From a virus (Duplodnaviria; Caudoviricetes): a stretch of DNA of 64,000 nucleotides. This document shows, in pieces, positions 36,401 to 45,025 of the stretch. The DNA is taken from the IMG/VR virus record IMGVR_UViG_3300037755_000349, positions 8,068 to 72,067 of that record; one strand, given 5' to 3'. How positions within the stretch are numbered: the first letter of the stretch is position 1; each line of letters opens with the position of its first letter. The notes under the pieces are model-generated. The model was given only the letters and a program-made list of their open reading frames with translations, was not told where the DNA came from and ran no database searches. The position numbers and the translations under genes are program-made.

Positions 36401-39400
36401 GCATCGAGTCGTTGTTCCTGCACGAGTATGTCGCGCACAAGGGCCTGGTCGGCATGCTCGATACGGCAAAGCGTGACGAAATTCTCAACGGCATTGCACG
36501 CGACCTGCCCGACCTGGTGCGGCAGAAGGCGGCCGATTACGGCTATCGCTTTCACGTTCCTGCTGAACGACGAGTCGCGGCCGAGGAGGTCGTCGCTGAG
36601 ATGGCGGAGACTTTCTTGCGAGGTCGGGATCTGCCGGCGAAGCAGAAGGGTATTCTCGATCGCATAATTCAGGCGATCGCTGATGTCTTGCGGCGCATAG
36701 GTCTGCGCAAATACGACGAGCAATTCATCGCCTCGTTACTCACGGATCTGCACCGCTATGCGCGCGAAGGCCATGCTCGGAAGGAAACCGCTGAGCCGTA
36801 TCGCGCACGCGCAAGTACGGCCCCTGCGTTCCCTGATTGGGATGATTCGAACGCCTCCGAGGTCGTCCCCAACTTCCAGGACTATGTGGATCGCGCGCGC
36901 CTGCATCTCTCCGGGAAGAGTGAAGAGGAGATCTATTCCTATGCGCTGAAGCAGTTCGACGAACGGCAACAGCTCTGGCAGTGGGAGGGATTCTTCGAGG
37001 GCGGGCACGTCCTTGTGCGCGGGACACAGGCCGGTGGCTACGATCTCTACGTCAACGATGCGCTCATCGTCCCGGATGACGGCGGAAACTACCCGAACCT
37101 ACAGCTCGCACAAGCGGCAGCTCGGGTACTCGTGGCGGAGGAGGGTGGAGTCTCCGACGCCGAGGCTGAGCGCATCCTCAACGCAGTGCCATTAAGCGCG
37201 GACCTGCGCGTCAAGTTCCATCGTAAACCGTTCTTCTCGCAGCTCGCCGTGCGGCTGTCGGAGCTGCGCCTACAGAAGGCGCCGGCGTCCCAGTGGCGCG
37301 GCGTCATCGCGAACCTCACCGGCAAGGGCGTGAGCCCCGAAGAGATCGAGTGGCTCGGGATCAACGAGTGGCTCGCCGAGCAGGATGGCAAGGTCACGAA
37401 GGAGCAGGTACTGCAATACGTGCGCGCCAACCAAGTGCAGATCCAAGAGGTCGTGAAGAGCGCCTTTACCAAGGAAACCATTGACGAGGCAGTCACTGCT
37501 ATTGACCGCGCTCTCGGCACTTTTACGGACTGGATCACGCCTGGTGATCTTGATTATTACGATCGCGTCGAGCCGTCCGTCGATAAGGATAAGTTCACGA
37601 CCTATGCTCGTACCGCAAAGGGCGAGCGCATCGACATGACCGTGAAAGTCACAGACGTGGATTCCCAAGATTGGAACGATGGCGGATGGGTTAACGCGAC
37701 CGTCACTCTCGCAGATGGTCGCAGCGCGGAGGCCGGCGCATGGTTCAGTTATCGCCGCGGCACCCTTGAGATTGATCCTTATGGGCTTGGCGAGTGGCGC
37801 GGTGATGAATTCTCAGAGGATGAGGTTGATGCTATCAAAGAGGCAATCGGCGAGATCGCCTTGTCCGAAAACACAGAGCTAATGGACACTGTCCAACACG
37901 CCTCGGACGAATTCGATAGCGATCTTATAAGAGCAAGAAACGAACTTTTGAGTGGCGACGTGGAGGCGGCTATTTCTGCACTTAAAGACGCGGCCCGCAC
38001 AGAGCGCGTATACGGCGATGATGTAACCGTTAGCCCGATTGTAGATCTACTCACCGAGGATGAGGGATCTATCAAGTATGAAGACTGGAAGCTACCGGGC
38101 GGCGAGAATTATCGCGAACTGTTGCTGACGCTGCCGCCAAAGAAAGATCTGCCGGAGGAATTCAAGGCGGTGGAGATAGGCGAAGGCCGATGGGCCGTGT
38201 TCGGTCCTGGCCCGCAAGGCGCGAATCGATACGGTTCCGGCACCACGCGCGAGGAAGCGATCGAATCCTTCGTCGGTCACGGCCACACCGGGGCGTTCAT
38301 CTCAAAGCACTGGGCCGAGCCGAACATCCTCGCTCACGTGCGCTTCGATGAGCGCACCGACGCTGATGGCAAGCGCGTGCTGTTCATTGAGGAGATACAG
38401 AGCGATTGGCATCAAGCCGGCCGCAAGCACGGATACAAAGGCGACTATGTTCCGCCGTCCACGGCTGATATCGAGCGGTACAACGAACTGCGCGCAAAGA
38501 GGGACATCACCAACACGGAAGATGCAGAGCTGACCAAGCTGGAGAAGCTGATACGCCAGCACGATGACATGATCGCTAGACTGGTGCCGGATGCTCCCTT
38601 TAAAACATCATGGCCCGAGTTGGCGTTCAAGCGCATTTTGAAATGGGCTGTCGATGAAAACTTCGATCGCGTGACGTGGACCACCGGCGCGCAGCAGGCA
38701 GATCGATATGATCTGAGTAAAAAAGTAAAAGCGATCGAGTACACGGCCTCGGGTCGGTTGATTGCCATGGGCATAAGTGGCAGTCCGGTAATGAATGAGG
38801 CGGTCCCAGAAGAAAAAATCGCTGACTATGTTGGCGAAGAGCTTGCCAAGAAGTTACTCGAACAACCCTTAGTTAAGGCAGGACCAGTGCACAGTCGTGT
38901 GTTGCGCGATGTGGATTTGAAGATGGGCGGCGAGGGCATGGTTGAGTTCTACGACCAGATGCTGCCGCGCATCGCCGTCAAACTCACGAAGAAGTGGGGT
39001 GGCCGAGCATCGAAGACAAAGCTGCGCGGTGTCACTCGCGAAGAGCGGATCAACGATCGCTACCAGATCCGCGAGACCTCCGCGGGCTGGACGCTGCTCG
39101 ACGCGGCCGGCAATCCGCTTGCTGATCGACGCGCCTTCCGCAACGGGGCGGCGGCCGAGAAGTGGCTGGAGGAGAACGGCTACCTCGATGAGGAGGTTCA
39201 CTCGCTGGATATCACCGACGACATACGCGAGGTCGCGCTCGGCGGCCTGCCGATGTTCCATCGAAAGTCCATGGTCGGCGTGTTCCGCCGGCGCCAGGCG
39301 GTGCAGAACGGCACCTTTGACCTGGTCGAAGGGTCGCGCACCTCGCGCTGGTGGAACCTCCTGGTCTTCAAGGCGCAGGACCGTTTCTACGATCTGTTCC

Positions 39401-42207
39401 GGCTCAACGAGCAGGCGAAGATCTTCCGCCAGATCGCGCAGCTCCCCGACTCGATGGACGCGTACCTGAAGGAGACGCTCTACCATGGTCGCGTAGAGGA
39501 TCGCGTCAAAGAGTACGAGAAGCAGTTCGTCGAGCCACTGGTGAAGATGATCAAGGACTCCGGCTATACCTGGCAGCAGGTGGAGGATTACCTGTACGCG
39601 CGGCACGCGCCCGAGGCGAACGCGAGGCTCCTCACGATCAACAACGGGAATCCGAACTTCCATTCCGGTATGACGGACGCCGAGGCCACGCAGGTGATGA
39701 CGGCGCTCGGCGCTGCGGGCAACATCGCGAACCTGCAAGCGATCGGCGCTCATGTCGATGCAATGACGCAGTGGGAGCGCTCCACGCTGGTGCTGGAGGG
39801 CCTCGAAGACCAGGCCACCATCACCGAGTGGGAGAACACCTATGATCACTACGTCCCGCTCAAAGGGTGGGCGCACAACCCTGAACTTGCTGAAATGCCT
39901 CGTCGAGGCCGAGGCTTTGATACTGGTGGTCGGACAACAAAAGACCGCACTGGCCGCACGTCTCGTGCGGGAAACATCCTCGCCAACATCGTCGCGCAAG
40001 CGCAGATGGCCGTCATCCGCGCGGAGAAGGCCAAAGTAGGCCGGGCGCTGCTGGAGTTCGTGAAAGCGAACCCGGCGCCGCGGCTATACGAGGTCAACCA
40101 GGTCGAGTACCACCGCTACATCGACTCGGGCACGGGCCTGGTGCGCCAGGGCGTGAACCCGCAGTACAAGCTCGCCGACAACGTGGTGCGCGTGCGCATG
40201 GCCGGCAAGGATGAGCACATCGTGTTCAACCCCAACGAGCCGCAGATGCAGCGCCTGGCGACCGCGATGAAGAACCTCTCGGCCACCGAGATGGGCCTGA
40301 TCCTGTCGTTCCTGCACGGGATCAACCGCTACCTCTCGACGATCAACACCTCGCTGAATCCCGAGTTCGTGATCTCCAACGCGCTGCGTGACTTGCAGAC
40401 CGCTGGCATCAACTTGCAAAGCACCGACCTGAAGGGCCAGGCGCTCGCGATCATGAGCCAGTGGCGCCATGCCTGGAAGGCGATCCGTCAGGCCGAAGCC
40501 GGCAACACGACGCACGCGTGGGCGCCGTGGTGGGATCGCTTCAAGAAGGCCGGCGCGAAAACCGGGTGGATTCAGCACTACGGCACGCCGGTGGACATCG
40601 AGAAAAAACTTCAAAAGGAAATCAACCGGCACGGTGTGGTGGGCAACGCGGCCAAGGGGATCGAGGTGACGCTCGGCTGGATCGAGCGGCAGAACCTGGC
40701 GGTCGAGAACGCCATGCGTCTGGCCGCCTTCCGGGCTGCTGTCGAGGCTGGCATGTCGGACGAGCGCGCCGCGCAGATCGCGAAGAATCTCACCGTGAAC
40801 TTCAACAAGCGCGGTGACCTGGGTATTGCACTGAACTCGTTCATCCTGTTCTACAACGCCGGCGTGCAGGGCACGGCAACGATCCTGCGTGCAGCAAAGA
40901 GCCCGCGGGCGCGCAAGTTCATGTATGGCCTGGTCGCGGCTGGCATCGTCATCGACATCATCAATCGCATGGTGGCGGGCGAGGACGATGATGACGAGAA
41001 CCGCTACGACAAGATCCGCAGCTACGAGAAGGAGCGCAACATCATCGTGATGCTGCCGAAGGAGCAGCGCTTCACGCTGCCATCGGGCGATGAGATCGAT
41101 CACCTGAAGATCCCGATGCCCTACGGGTACAACTTTCTGTACTACACCGGAACGAAGATCGGCGGCGTGCTCGACTATCACACCATCGGCAACAAGCGCC
41201 GCTTCGAGCCGGCCGAAGATGCCGCGCAGGTGGTGGCCTCGTTCTTGGGCGCATTCAACCCGATCGGTGGGTTCGCCAATCCACTGGAGTCGATCACGGC
41301 GGTGGAGCAGTACATCCAACTGAAAGAAGAGCGAGCGTGGGACGGCCGCCCGCTCATGCCACCACAGCCGCAGTACGACATTCCGGTGCCGGACTCGCAA
41401 CGCTTCTGGCGGTCCACCGGCAAGGGTGCGCGCGAGGTCACGGCTTGGCTCAACGAGCACACCGGTGGCACCGACGTAACGCCGGGCAAGATCGACATCT
41501 CGCCGGCGACGGTGGATTACTGGATTGACTTCGCCCTCGGTGGCAGCGGCCGGTTCATCTCCAACACGATCAATGCGACGCACGATATCGCGCTTGATCG
41601 CAAGGACCTGGACCTGGGCGAGGTGCCCTTCGTGCGCCGCGTGCTCGGGCAGACCGGGGAGCGCGATCGCCAGGAGCGGTTCTACACGCGCATGAACGAA
41701 GTGCAGTACGTGATCAAGGAGCGCGAGGTCGCGCGCGAGATGCGCCGCTTCGCGAAGACGCCCGAGGAGATGCAGCCCTACGAGGAGCGCAACGCATTCA
41801 TCGATAAGCGCTACCCGATCGCGGCCAAGGTGGAGATGGAAGGCCGGCGCGCGGAGGCCAAGCTCAAGCAGCTCCGAGCTGGACGCAAGGCGCTCCAGAA
41901 ACAGGAGGGCCGCATGGAGGAGAGCAAGCGGCTGGAGCGCATCGAGTCGATCGAGGCGGAGATGCGCGCCACGATGGACCAGTTCAATCGCTCCTGGAAC
42001 GAGGCCGAGGACGCACAGCGCGGCGCCACCGAGACGAAGGATCTGATCGGCCAGCTCGGACCGATCATCGACGGCAAGAACCGCCGCGACGCCGTGCGTG
42101 CGTTGCGTGAGGCGGGCAAGCCGGCGACAGCCGAGCTGCTCGCGGCACTGCCGACCACGCTTCGCACGCAGCTCCGCGAGCTGCTGGAGCAGGAAGCCGC
42201 CTCATGA
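30475..42207 (+). CDS. giant polyvalent ejection protein (~3910 aa): PPase-like, ParB-like, about four ART-like modules, HExxH-type peptidase, LPD38-like C-terminus (tentative)
   Basis: IENPKGS.R...DYGY...ADGDHVDVF..DEHKVMLG; EGQHRA.AL; F.KWFG.SK.VD..G.P.VVYHGT..G.GFYFT; FHGSP..G.GEG..AYGWGLYF; LHEYVAH. Confidence 0.85.
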   Translation: MATNEWEVIGEEPDVLQPATQPTVAPQNVLQGAVQNDWEVLGEEDLTPDALLPGEALNLATAPDEQFGLDETQRSMASALTRAGADQIIDDVASREILAAPPPAPGRIEPTALTATRRFLPGGKQIAEPVDPDVDLRAMKRLPGNIGRSSKAQVKEAIAGTQRLFADLQANMDIAKAESYRSYQSDDPQVLAQQQAAAGEAEERAGHAELAQGRAARTTRRAQAEGQAAIPADAGEIERAIQSGVSSAAVTLPIVTLGSVVPGGQGAALVTLGGMTGSARYGELRAAGLDEGTAALSAAALGGLEGLTEKIPLGTLAKKSPFIEKATEFLVQDLLGENVSTVAQIADDYRLGLRDDVTMADVQQAIKETSAATIAGSAAQLTVSGIFEQALNRANQKAIDREAKAGMQRQEPFISEPDLAGIGELEYEAAPAAAAGDLEVVAEEPLAAAPGSAQDELAALEALRKGGATPEQEAILEGLGHLVRTETGTPVLLPSGRRRLTELNQQLADSRSETKNQALPQPVAAGAKEAPGSAQPGLGEAAGTTPSLTEATQGAARGVRVGRSPAPGGERQGESVAAGEANLEDTIPIPQQYERVILESIIKDDATPGQIGIAISRGFAKRRSDGTATLLPAGRRRLVELESGQPPADVEATFEGEELRRAGDLRRTPRVEVKPAQARSGSVQTPRGGFTVHVDGKPVVELPDAQAAREAAAGFAADGTFKTTVAGQPVSVDVTPTDAQKASGTYTKGHIRYEGLQISIENPKGSIRSGVSESGRKWSRALGADYGYVRGSESADGDHVDVFLGDATSDVAYIVDQVKADGTFDEHKVMLGYPSLEAATAAYRAQYPKGWKGLGAITHIPIADFKTWVKSPQAKQPYAWKPKAQAVAAVPSAEPAPERAKLHKKIYRGTEAGTKGAETRAAPRGELGPGIYFTPDAKLAASYGGGPTASIAKGTRVVHTAELARDLKAEEIGTLEGGSRDGETARLVSNGKELWRGEWNARKSQEANYQAMVKAIKGAGLKMIVGADDSIAINQVAVTDPNILKFDQAKLHKKRLPLEERADDASDQQRATLRDIDTASVTPQFQLRAATEDVYDTADAHFTSSEVLKGVHDVPLKTLGLTGYDDAKSVARIARLAEQIKESGEVSPIMVGIDRNGEAYVMEGQHRARALQLLGSDSIPAKIVLDTTDDDGVRLHKKQTETAAFKKWFGDSKVVDADGNPQVVYHGTGNLEGLNEFRPELTGLGNDQIGSGFYFTTSQEEASAYTTARMPNAGTKLGGDQSPGIVPAYLSIKNPIIVKGPNLRDVDVDLSAKQVEAIIRHAPRLFDVENTPLLDWHENASTRVTPAMVRDVAKKYTGPALIQIEHDFFGREGEATKFREALRKVLGYDGAVIDFGTKKHWVAWFPEQIKSAIGNRGTFNPKDPDIRFHNKQSKTDAFRRWFGESKIVDDEGNPLVVYHGTGSDFTEFQPTDYGWYGWGSYFTSNEKFANEFAEGADGNPNVMPVYLAIERPFYFTPKDNDTPTNVQLLMAVGHSRRKAESIINREGDVNVRVFDKLQEEGHDGIVVLEPGRTEYIIFEPSQIKSAIGNTGAFDPANPNILFHKAFHGSPYRFQKFVLDDKTIGTGEGAHAYGWGLYFAENEAVAKDYQRRLSDSSAHVRLSVNGKELEDGPERHGASLVAFNDLREVRALAKRWLAEYENDPGMKETAEHAGLAAAEYWPRLNSFVQSHTKRDIKVARGLLYSVEINDAAVKNMLDWDVTWESQLDTVKETLRKAGVFKRYKANLSNYGTPMQTRNRKMRGESIYAFLSMEKGGDQAASKYLSSLGIHGLRYKDEGSRGKRGGTRNIVVFDDSIITVTHIDGSPVTAQERTDAIGPLFSRVNTNANESRYRAITGTPREQRSAQVRTEVNRVLRNFPGASANVVQTFNELPNDVRARVIAAGGLDEKGNPAVDAFYDPPTGQVYFIANEIESIDSIESLFLHEYVAHKGLVGMLDTAKRDEILNGIARDLPDLVRQKAADYGYRFHVPAERRVAAEEVVAEMAETFLRGRDLPAKQKGILDRIIQAIADVLRRIGLRKYDEQFIASLLTDLHRYAREGHARKETAEPYRARASTAPAFPDWDDSNASEVVPNFQDYVDRARLHLSGKSEEEIYSYALKQFDERQQLWQWEGFFEGGHVLVRGTQAGGYDLYVNDALIVPDDGGNYPNLQLAQAAARVLVAEEGGVSDAEAERILNAVPLSADLRVKFHRKPFFSQLAVRLSELRLQKAPASQWRGVIANLTGKGVSPEEIEWLGINEWLAEQDGKVTKEQVLQYVRANQVQIQEVVKSAFTKETIDEAVTAIDRALGTFTDWITPGDLDYYDRVEPSVDKDKFTTYARTAKGERIDMTVKVTDVDSQDWNDGGWVNATVTLADGRSAEAGAWFSYRRGTLEIDPYGLGEWRGDEFSEDEVDAIKEAIGEIALSENTELMDTVQHASDEFDSDLIRARNELLSGDVEAAISALKDAARTERVYGDDVTVSPIVDLLTEDEGSIKYEDWKLPGGENYRELLLTLPPKKDLPEEFKAVEIGEGRWAVFGPGPQGANRYGSGTTREEAIESFVGHGHTGAFISKHWAEPNILAHVRFDERTDADGKRVLFIEEIQSDWHQAGRKHGYKGDYVPPSTADIERYNELRAKRDITNTEDAELTKLEKLIRQHDDMIARLVPDAPFKTSWPELAFKRILKWAVDENFDRVTWTTGAQQADRYDLSKKVKAIEYTASGRLIAMGISGSPVMNEAVPEEKIADYVGEELAKKLLEQPLVKAGPVHSRVLRDVDLKMGGEGMVEFYDQMLPRIAVKLTKKWGGRASKTKLRGVTREERINDRYQIRETSAGWTLLDAAGNPLADRRAFRNGAAAEKWLEENGYLDEEVHSLDITDDIREVALGGLPMFHRKSMVGVFRRRQAVQNGTFDLVEGSRTSRWWNLLVFKAQDRFYDLFRLNEQAKIFRQIAQLPDSMDAYLKETLYHGRVEDRVKEYEKQFVEPLVKMIKDSGYTWQQVEDYLYARHAPEANARLLTINNGNPNFHSGMTDAEATQVMTALGAAGNIANLQAIGAHVDAMTQWERSTLVLEGLEDQATITEWENTYDHYVPLKGWAHNPELAEMPRRGRGFDTGGRTTKDRTGRTSRAGNILANIVAQAQMAVIRAEKAKVGRALLEFVKANPAPRLYEVNQVEYHRYIDSGTGLVRQGVNPQYKLADNVVRVRMAGKDEHIVFNPNEPQMQRLATAMKNLSATEMGLILSFLHGINRYLSTINTSLNPEFVISNALRDLQTAGINLQSTDLKGQALAIMSQWRHAWKAIRQAEAGNTTHAWAPWWDRFKKAGAKTGWIQHYGTPVDIEKKLQKEINRHGVVGNAAKGIEVTLGWIERQNLAVENAMRLAAFRAAVEAGMSDERAAQIAKNLTVNFNKRGDLGIALNSFILFYNAGVQGTATILRAAKSPRARKFMYGLVAAGIVIDIINRMVAGEDDDDENRYDKIRSYEKERNIIVMLPKEQRFTLPSGDEIDHLKIPMPYGYNFLYYTGTKIGGVLDYHTIGNKRRFEPAEDAAQVVASFLGAFNPIGGFANPLESITAVEQYIQLKEERAWDGRPLMPPQPQYDIPVPDSQRFWRSTGKGAREVTAWLNEHTGGTDVTPGKIDISPATVDYWIDFALGGSGRFISNTINATHDIALDRKDLDLGEVPFVRRVLGQTGERDRQERFYTRMNEVQYVIKEREVAREMRRFAKTPEEMQPYEERNAFIDKRYPIAAKVEMEGRRAEAKLKQLRAGRKALQKQEGRMEESKRLERIESIEAEMRATMDQFNRSWNEAEDAQRGATETKDLIGQLGPIIDGKNRRDAVRALREAGKPATAELLAALPTTLRTQLRELLEQEAAS

Positions 42208-42578
42208 GCGCGAAAGACGATGATCTGCGGGACATCTATTCGCGCCTGAACACGACCGAACAGGAAGTCGCCTCGCTCGGTTCGAAGCTGGACCAGGTGA
42301 TCACGACGCTCGATCGAGTGGTCGAGCGAGTCACCGCGCCGGCGCCGCCGCCGCCTAAAACCGATTGGGTGGGCATCGCCGCGCTGGTAGTCTCGATCGT
42401 CTCGGCAGGGGCCTTTTACTTGCAATCACGATTCGGGCCGGTGGAGGCTCAGATCGAAATCACGCGCTCTCAGATGGAGCGTGCCTACGAGAGGGAGCTA
42501 GAACGAGAACGACTTTTAGGCCGACTTGAGTCGGAGGTGGCAAATGACACTCGGAGAACTCCAGGAGCTTCACTTTAG
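42204..42578 (+). CDS. membrane protein, coiled-coil plus 1 TM (lysis-cassette associated)
   Basis: WVGIAALVVSIVSAGAFYL; coupled to the giant gene. Confidence 0.6.
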   Translation: MSAKDDDLRDIYSRLNTTEQEVASLGSKLDQVITTLDRVVERVTAPAPPPPKTDWVGIAALVVSIVSAGAFYLQSRFGPVEAQIEITRSQMERAYERELERERLLGRLESEVANDTRRTPGASL

Positions 42579-42966
42579 GCTGTTCACCACGAAGCTGGTG
42601 CCGCACGCATACCAGTTGGGATATACGCTTCGTTGGGGCGAGGCGCTGCGATCGGACGAGCAGGCCGAGATCAACGCCATGGGCTCGGACGGACGGGACA
42701 TGTTGGCCAATATGATCCAGATCAGGTTTCCCGACCTAGCCGAGAAGATCCGCAACAACGGCAAGGCCAACGGCATCCGCAACAGTGTCCACGGCGACAA
42801 GCTCGCCCTCGACCTGAATCTATTTCGCAATGGACTGTGGCTCTCAGCGACCGAAGATCACCGGCCGCTCGGGGAGTATTGGGAGTCGTTGCATCCGCTG
42901 TGCCGGTGGGGAGGTAGATTTAACGACGGCGGCCACTATTCAATCGAATATCAGGGGCGAAAATGA
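42544..42966 (+). CDS. endolysin, M15-family peptidase
   Basis: GGAGG RBS; GE..R...S.H...LALDLNL...GEYWE..WGGRF.DG.HYS (His/Asp/His Zn ligands). Confidence 0.85.
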   Translation: MTLGELQELHFRLFTTKLVPHAYQLGYTLRWGEALRSDEQAEINAMGSDGRDMLANMIQIRFPDLAEKIRNNGKANGIRNSVHGDKLALDLNLFRNGLWLSATEDHRPLGEYWESLHPLCRWGGRFNDGGHYSIEYQGRK

Positions 42967-43385
42967 AGTGCACAGCCGATAGATTGGGCTTGTTGGTGGC
43001 GGCGATCCTGTTGCCGTTTGGGGTGTATGCACAGGCATTCACGCGCGCGCCGGAGGATCTGATGTGGAGCTTCGGCACGGCGCTCGGTGCATTCCTCGGC
43101 CTGGCGTTGCACGTAACGTTCTCGTGGGGCGAGTGGCGCAAGATCACGGCCAACAAGCCGCACTTGTGGCAGTACATCTATGAGGACATGCCGGGTTTCC
43201 TGACCGCGGTGATCATGGCGCTGATCGCGTATTTCGGTCTGCCGGTGCTCGGCAGCATCCCTGCGGTGCAGAACTTCCTGGGTTTCACCATCGGAATGAA
43301 CTTCCTGTCGGCGACGGCGGCCAGCTATATCGCCAGTTCGCTCGGGTATAAGATCCGGGCCTATTTCATCAAAAAGACGGAGTAA
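42963..43385 (+). CDS. putative holin (multi-TM)
   Basis: Several hydrophobic helices and a basic C-terminus; lies between endolysin and spanins. Confidence 0.6.
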   Translation: MKCTADRLGLLVAAILLPFGVYAQAFTRAPEDLMWSFGTALGAFLGLALHVTFSWGEWRKITANKPHLWQYIYEDMPGFLTAVIMALIAYFGLPVLGSIPAVQNFLGFTIGMNFLSATAASYIASSLGYKIRAYFIKKTE

Positions 43386-43393
43386 CCCGCCCC

Positions 43394-43813
43394 ATGCTGA
43401 ATCCCTTCCTGGCCGCCCTGGGCGTTGCCTGCCTCGGCTTGGGCGTGACGGTGTATGTGCAGCGAGGAACCGTTGCGCGGGCCGAGGCGAGGGTGGTGCG
43501 CGTCCAGGTGCAGTTCGACCAGGTGGTCCAGGCCAACAAGAACCTAGCGGCCAGCATGGACAGTATGAAAAAAGTGAATGATGACCTCATCGAGATGGTG
43601 CGCGTGGACGCCGAGAATTTGCAGCGCGCAGCCATCGAGGTCCGGCGCAGGGAGGCGGAAAGCCGAGTCCAATCCGAACGCGTGCGCAGCGCCCGCCAGG
43701 AGATCAAGAATGCGACCGTCTCATGCGCCGACCTGGCGCGCTTGGACATTGTTGCTGTGTGCCCCGCCCTTGCTATCAGCCTGCGAGACCAGGCCCGTAA
43801 TCAGAGATTCTAG
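43394..43813 (+). CDS. i-spanin (Rz-like)
   Basis: N-terminal TM plus coiled coil and C-terminal Cys; overlapped by a lipoprotein gene. Confidence 0.7.
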   Translation: MLNPFLAALGVACLGLGVTVYVQRGTVARAEARVVRVQVQFDQVVQANKNLAASMDSMKKVNDDLIEMVRVDAENLQRAAIEVRRREAESRVQSERVRSARQEIKNATVSCADLARLDIVAVCPALAISLRDQARNQRF

Positions 43814-44030
43814 GCCGGTCGAGATCAGGATCCCGGTTCGGACTCACCTCGATCCGGAGCTGACGCAGGATTGCCCGCCGGCGGTAGACTTGCCGCAGGA
43901 AGGGTCGCTTCGCGTCGAACAGGTGCTCGACTATCTCCTGGCCCTTGAGTCGGCGCTCTGGCGCTGTCGCCTTCAGCTCCAAGGGATTCGGGAGATTGAT
44001 TTACCTGCGCCTCCCATACCTCCTCGATGA
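43710..44030 (+). CDS. o-spanin (Rz1-like lipoprotein)
   Basis: Overlapping alternative frame; lipobox LLSAC; Pro-rich mature part. Confidence 0.7.
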   Translation: MRPSHAPTWRAWTLLLCAPPLLSACETRPVIRDSRPVEIRIPVRTHLDPELTQDCPPAVDLPQEGSLRVEQVLDYLLALESALWRCRLQLQGIREIDLPAPPIPPR

Positions 44031-44253
44031 CCATCAGGATCGCCCGTCGCACGTAGTGCGGGGTCTCCTGGCGATCGCGCCAGCGCTTCCATACCGCCAG
44101 CAGGTCGTGCAGCTCGTCGAGCGTGTTGTCGATGCGAGCGCCGAGCGTCACGGGGTAGCCCTCGCTACGTTCCTCGCCGCACCTGGCGCAGACATCATTG
44201 ACGTTAGAATTGTGCTCGTGGCAGTTCGAGCAGATCCATGGTGTATTGCTCAT
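43825..44253 (-). CDS. RanBP2-type Zn-ribbon protein
   Basis: WICSNC...N...CARC; the 3' end overlaps the o-spanin gene antisense. Confidence 0.5.
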   Translation of the reverse strand: MSNTPWICSNCHEHNSNVNDVCARCGEERSEGYPVTLGARIDNTLDELHDLLAVWKRWRDRQETPHYVRRAILMVIEEVWEAQVNQSPESLGAEGDSARAPTQGPGDSRAPVRREATLPAASLPPAGNPASAPDRGESEPGS

Positions 44254-44254
44254 C

Positions 44255-44956
44255 TCAATCTCTCCTTGCCGGGAAGCGTCGGCCCATGATGTCGTACAGC
44301 CGCGGATGCTTCATGGCATCCACCACGATCGGATCCTGGTCGGCCTGGCGAAAATACCAATTCTTGTAATCGTCTGGCACCAGGTCGTAGTGCAGGCCCT
44401 TGTGCTTGCCGAACCCGATGAACGGCGCCCGGCGCGCGGTCTCGGTGTGCGTGGCCAGCACGTCCCATAGGGCTGGGTCCTTCATGTTCAGGCCCATGAC
44501 GGTGCAGATCGCTTCGAGCAATTCAGCCGCTAGTGAGCAGTCGGCCAGTGCGGAGTGCGCGCCCTTGAGCAGCCTGCGAGCGTTGCCACGATCCAGGTAA
44601 TAGGTCAACGCGCCGAGCGAGTACGAGTCCAGATCCCACCATAGATCCCTGGCGAGCGCGTGGGTGCAGATGAGCTTGACGACGGGCTTGCCGATTACCT
44701 CCCAGTCGTAGAACACGTTGTGCCCGATCATGTGCGTGAACTTCGGCGGCAGCGAGAAGCCCGCCGACGGCGGGCATCCCTCCAGGTCCTCGTCCATGAT
44801 GTGATGCGTGGCGAGCGCGCCGTATTCGATGGGCTTCGATGGTTGCAGTCGTATGTTCGTTTCGGCGCCATCGAGCAGGTCGATGTACCCGACCTCGATG
44901 GGCTCGGGATCTTTCATGCCGGTGGTCTCAGTGTCCAATACGCAAGGTGTTGCCAT
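44255..44956 (-). CDS. DEDDh 3'-5' exonuclease (DnaQ/ExoX-like)
   Basis: LDTETTG, GHNVFYD, AHSALAD, FGKHKG motifs. Confidence 0.9.
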   Translation of the reverse strand: MATPCVLDTETTGMKDPEPIEVGYIDLLDGAETNIRLQPSKPIEYGALATHHIMDEDLEGCPPSAGFSLPPKFTHMIGHNVFYDWEVIGKPVVKLICTHALARDLWWDLDSYSLGALTYYLDRGNARRLLKGAHSALADCSLAAELLEAICTVMGLNMKDPALWDVLATHTETARRAPFIGFGKHKGLHYDLVPDDYKNWYFRQADQDPIVVDAMKHPRLYDIMGRRFPARRD

Positions 44957-44977
44957 AGGATTCTCGTTAAATGAAGG

Positions 44978-45004
44978 AGCCGCGGACTGATCCGCGGCTT
45001 TTTT
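44978..45004 (+). terminator. intrinsic terminator
   Basis: AGCCGCGGA-CTGA-TCCGCGGCT followed by TTTTT. Confidence 0.7.
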
Positions 45005-45025
45005 GGGAAACTAGATTCACCCCGT

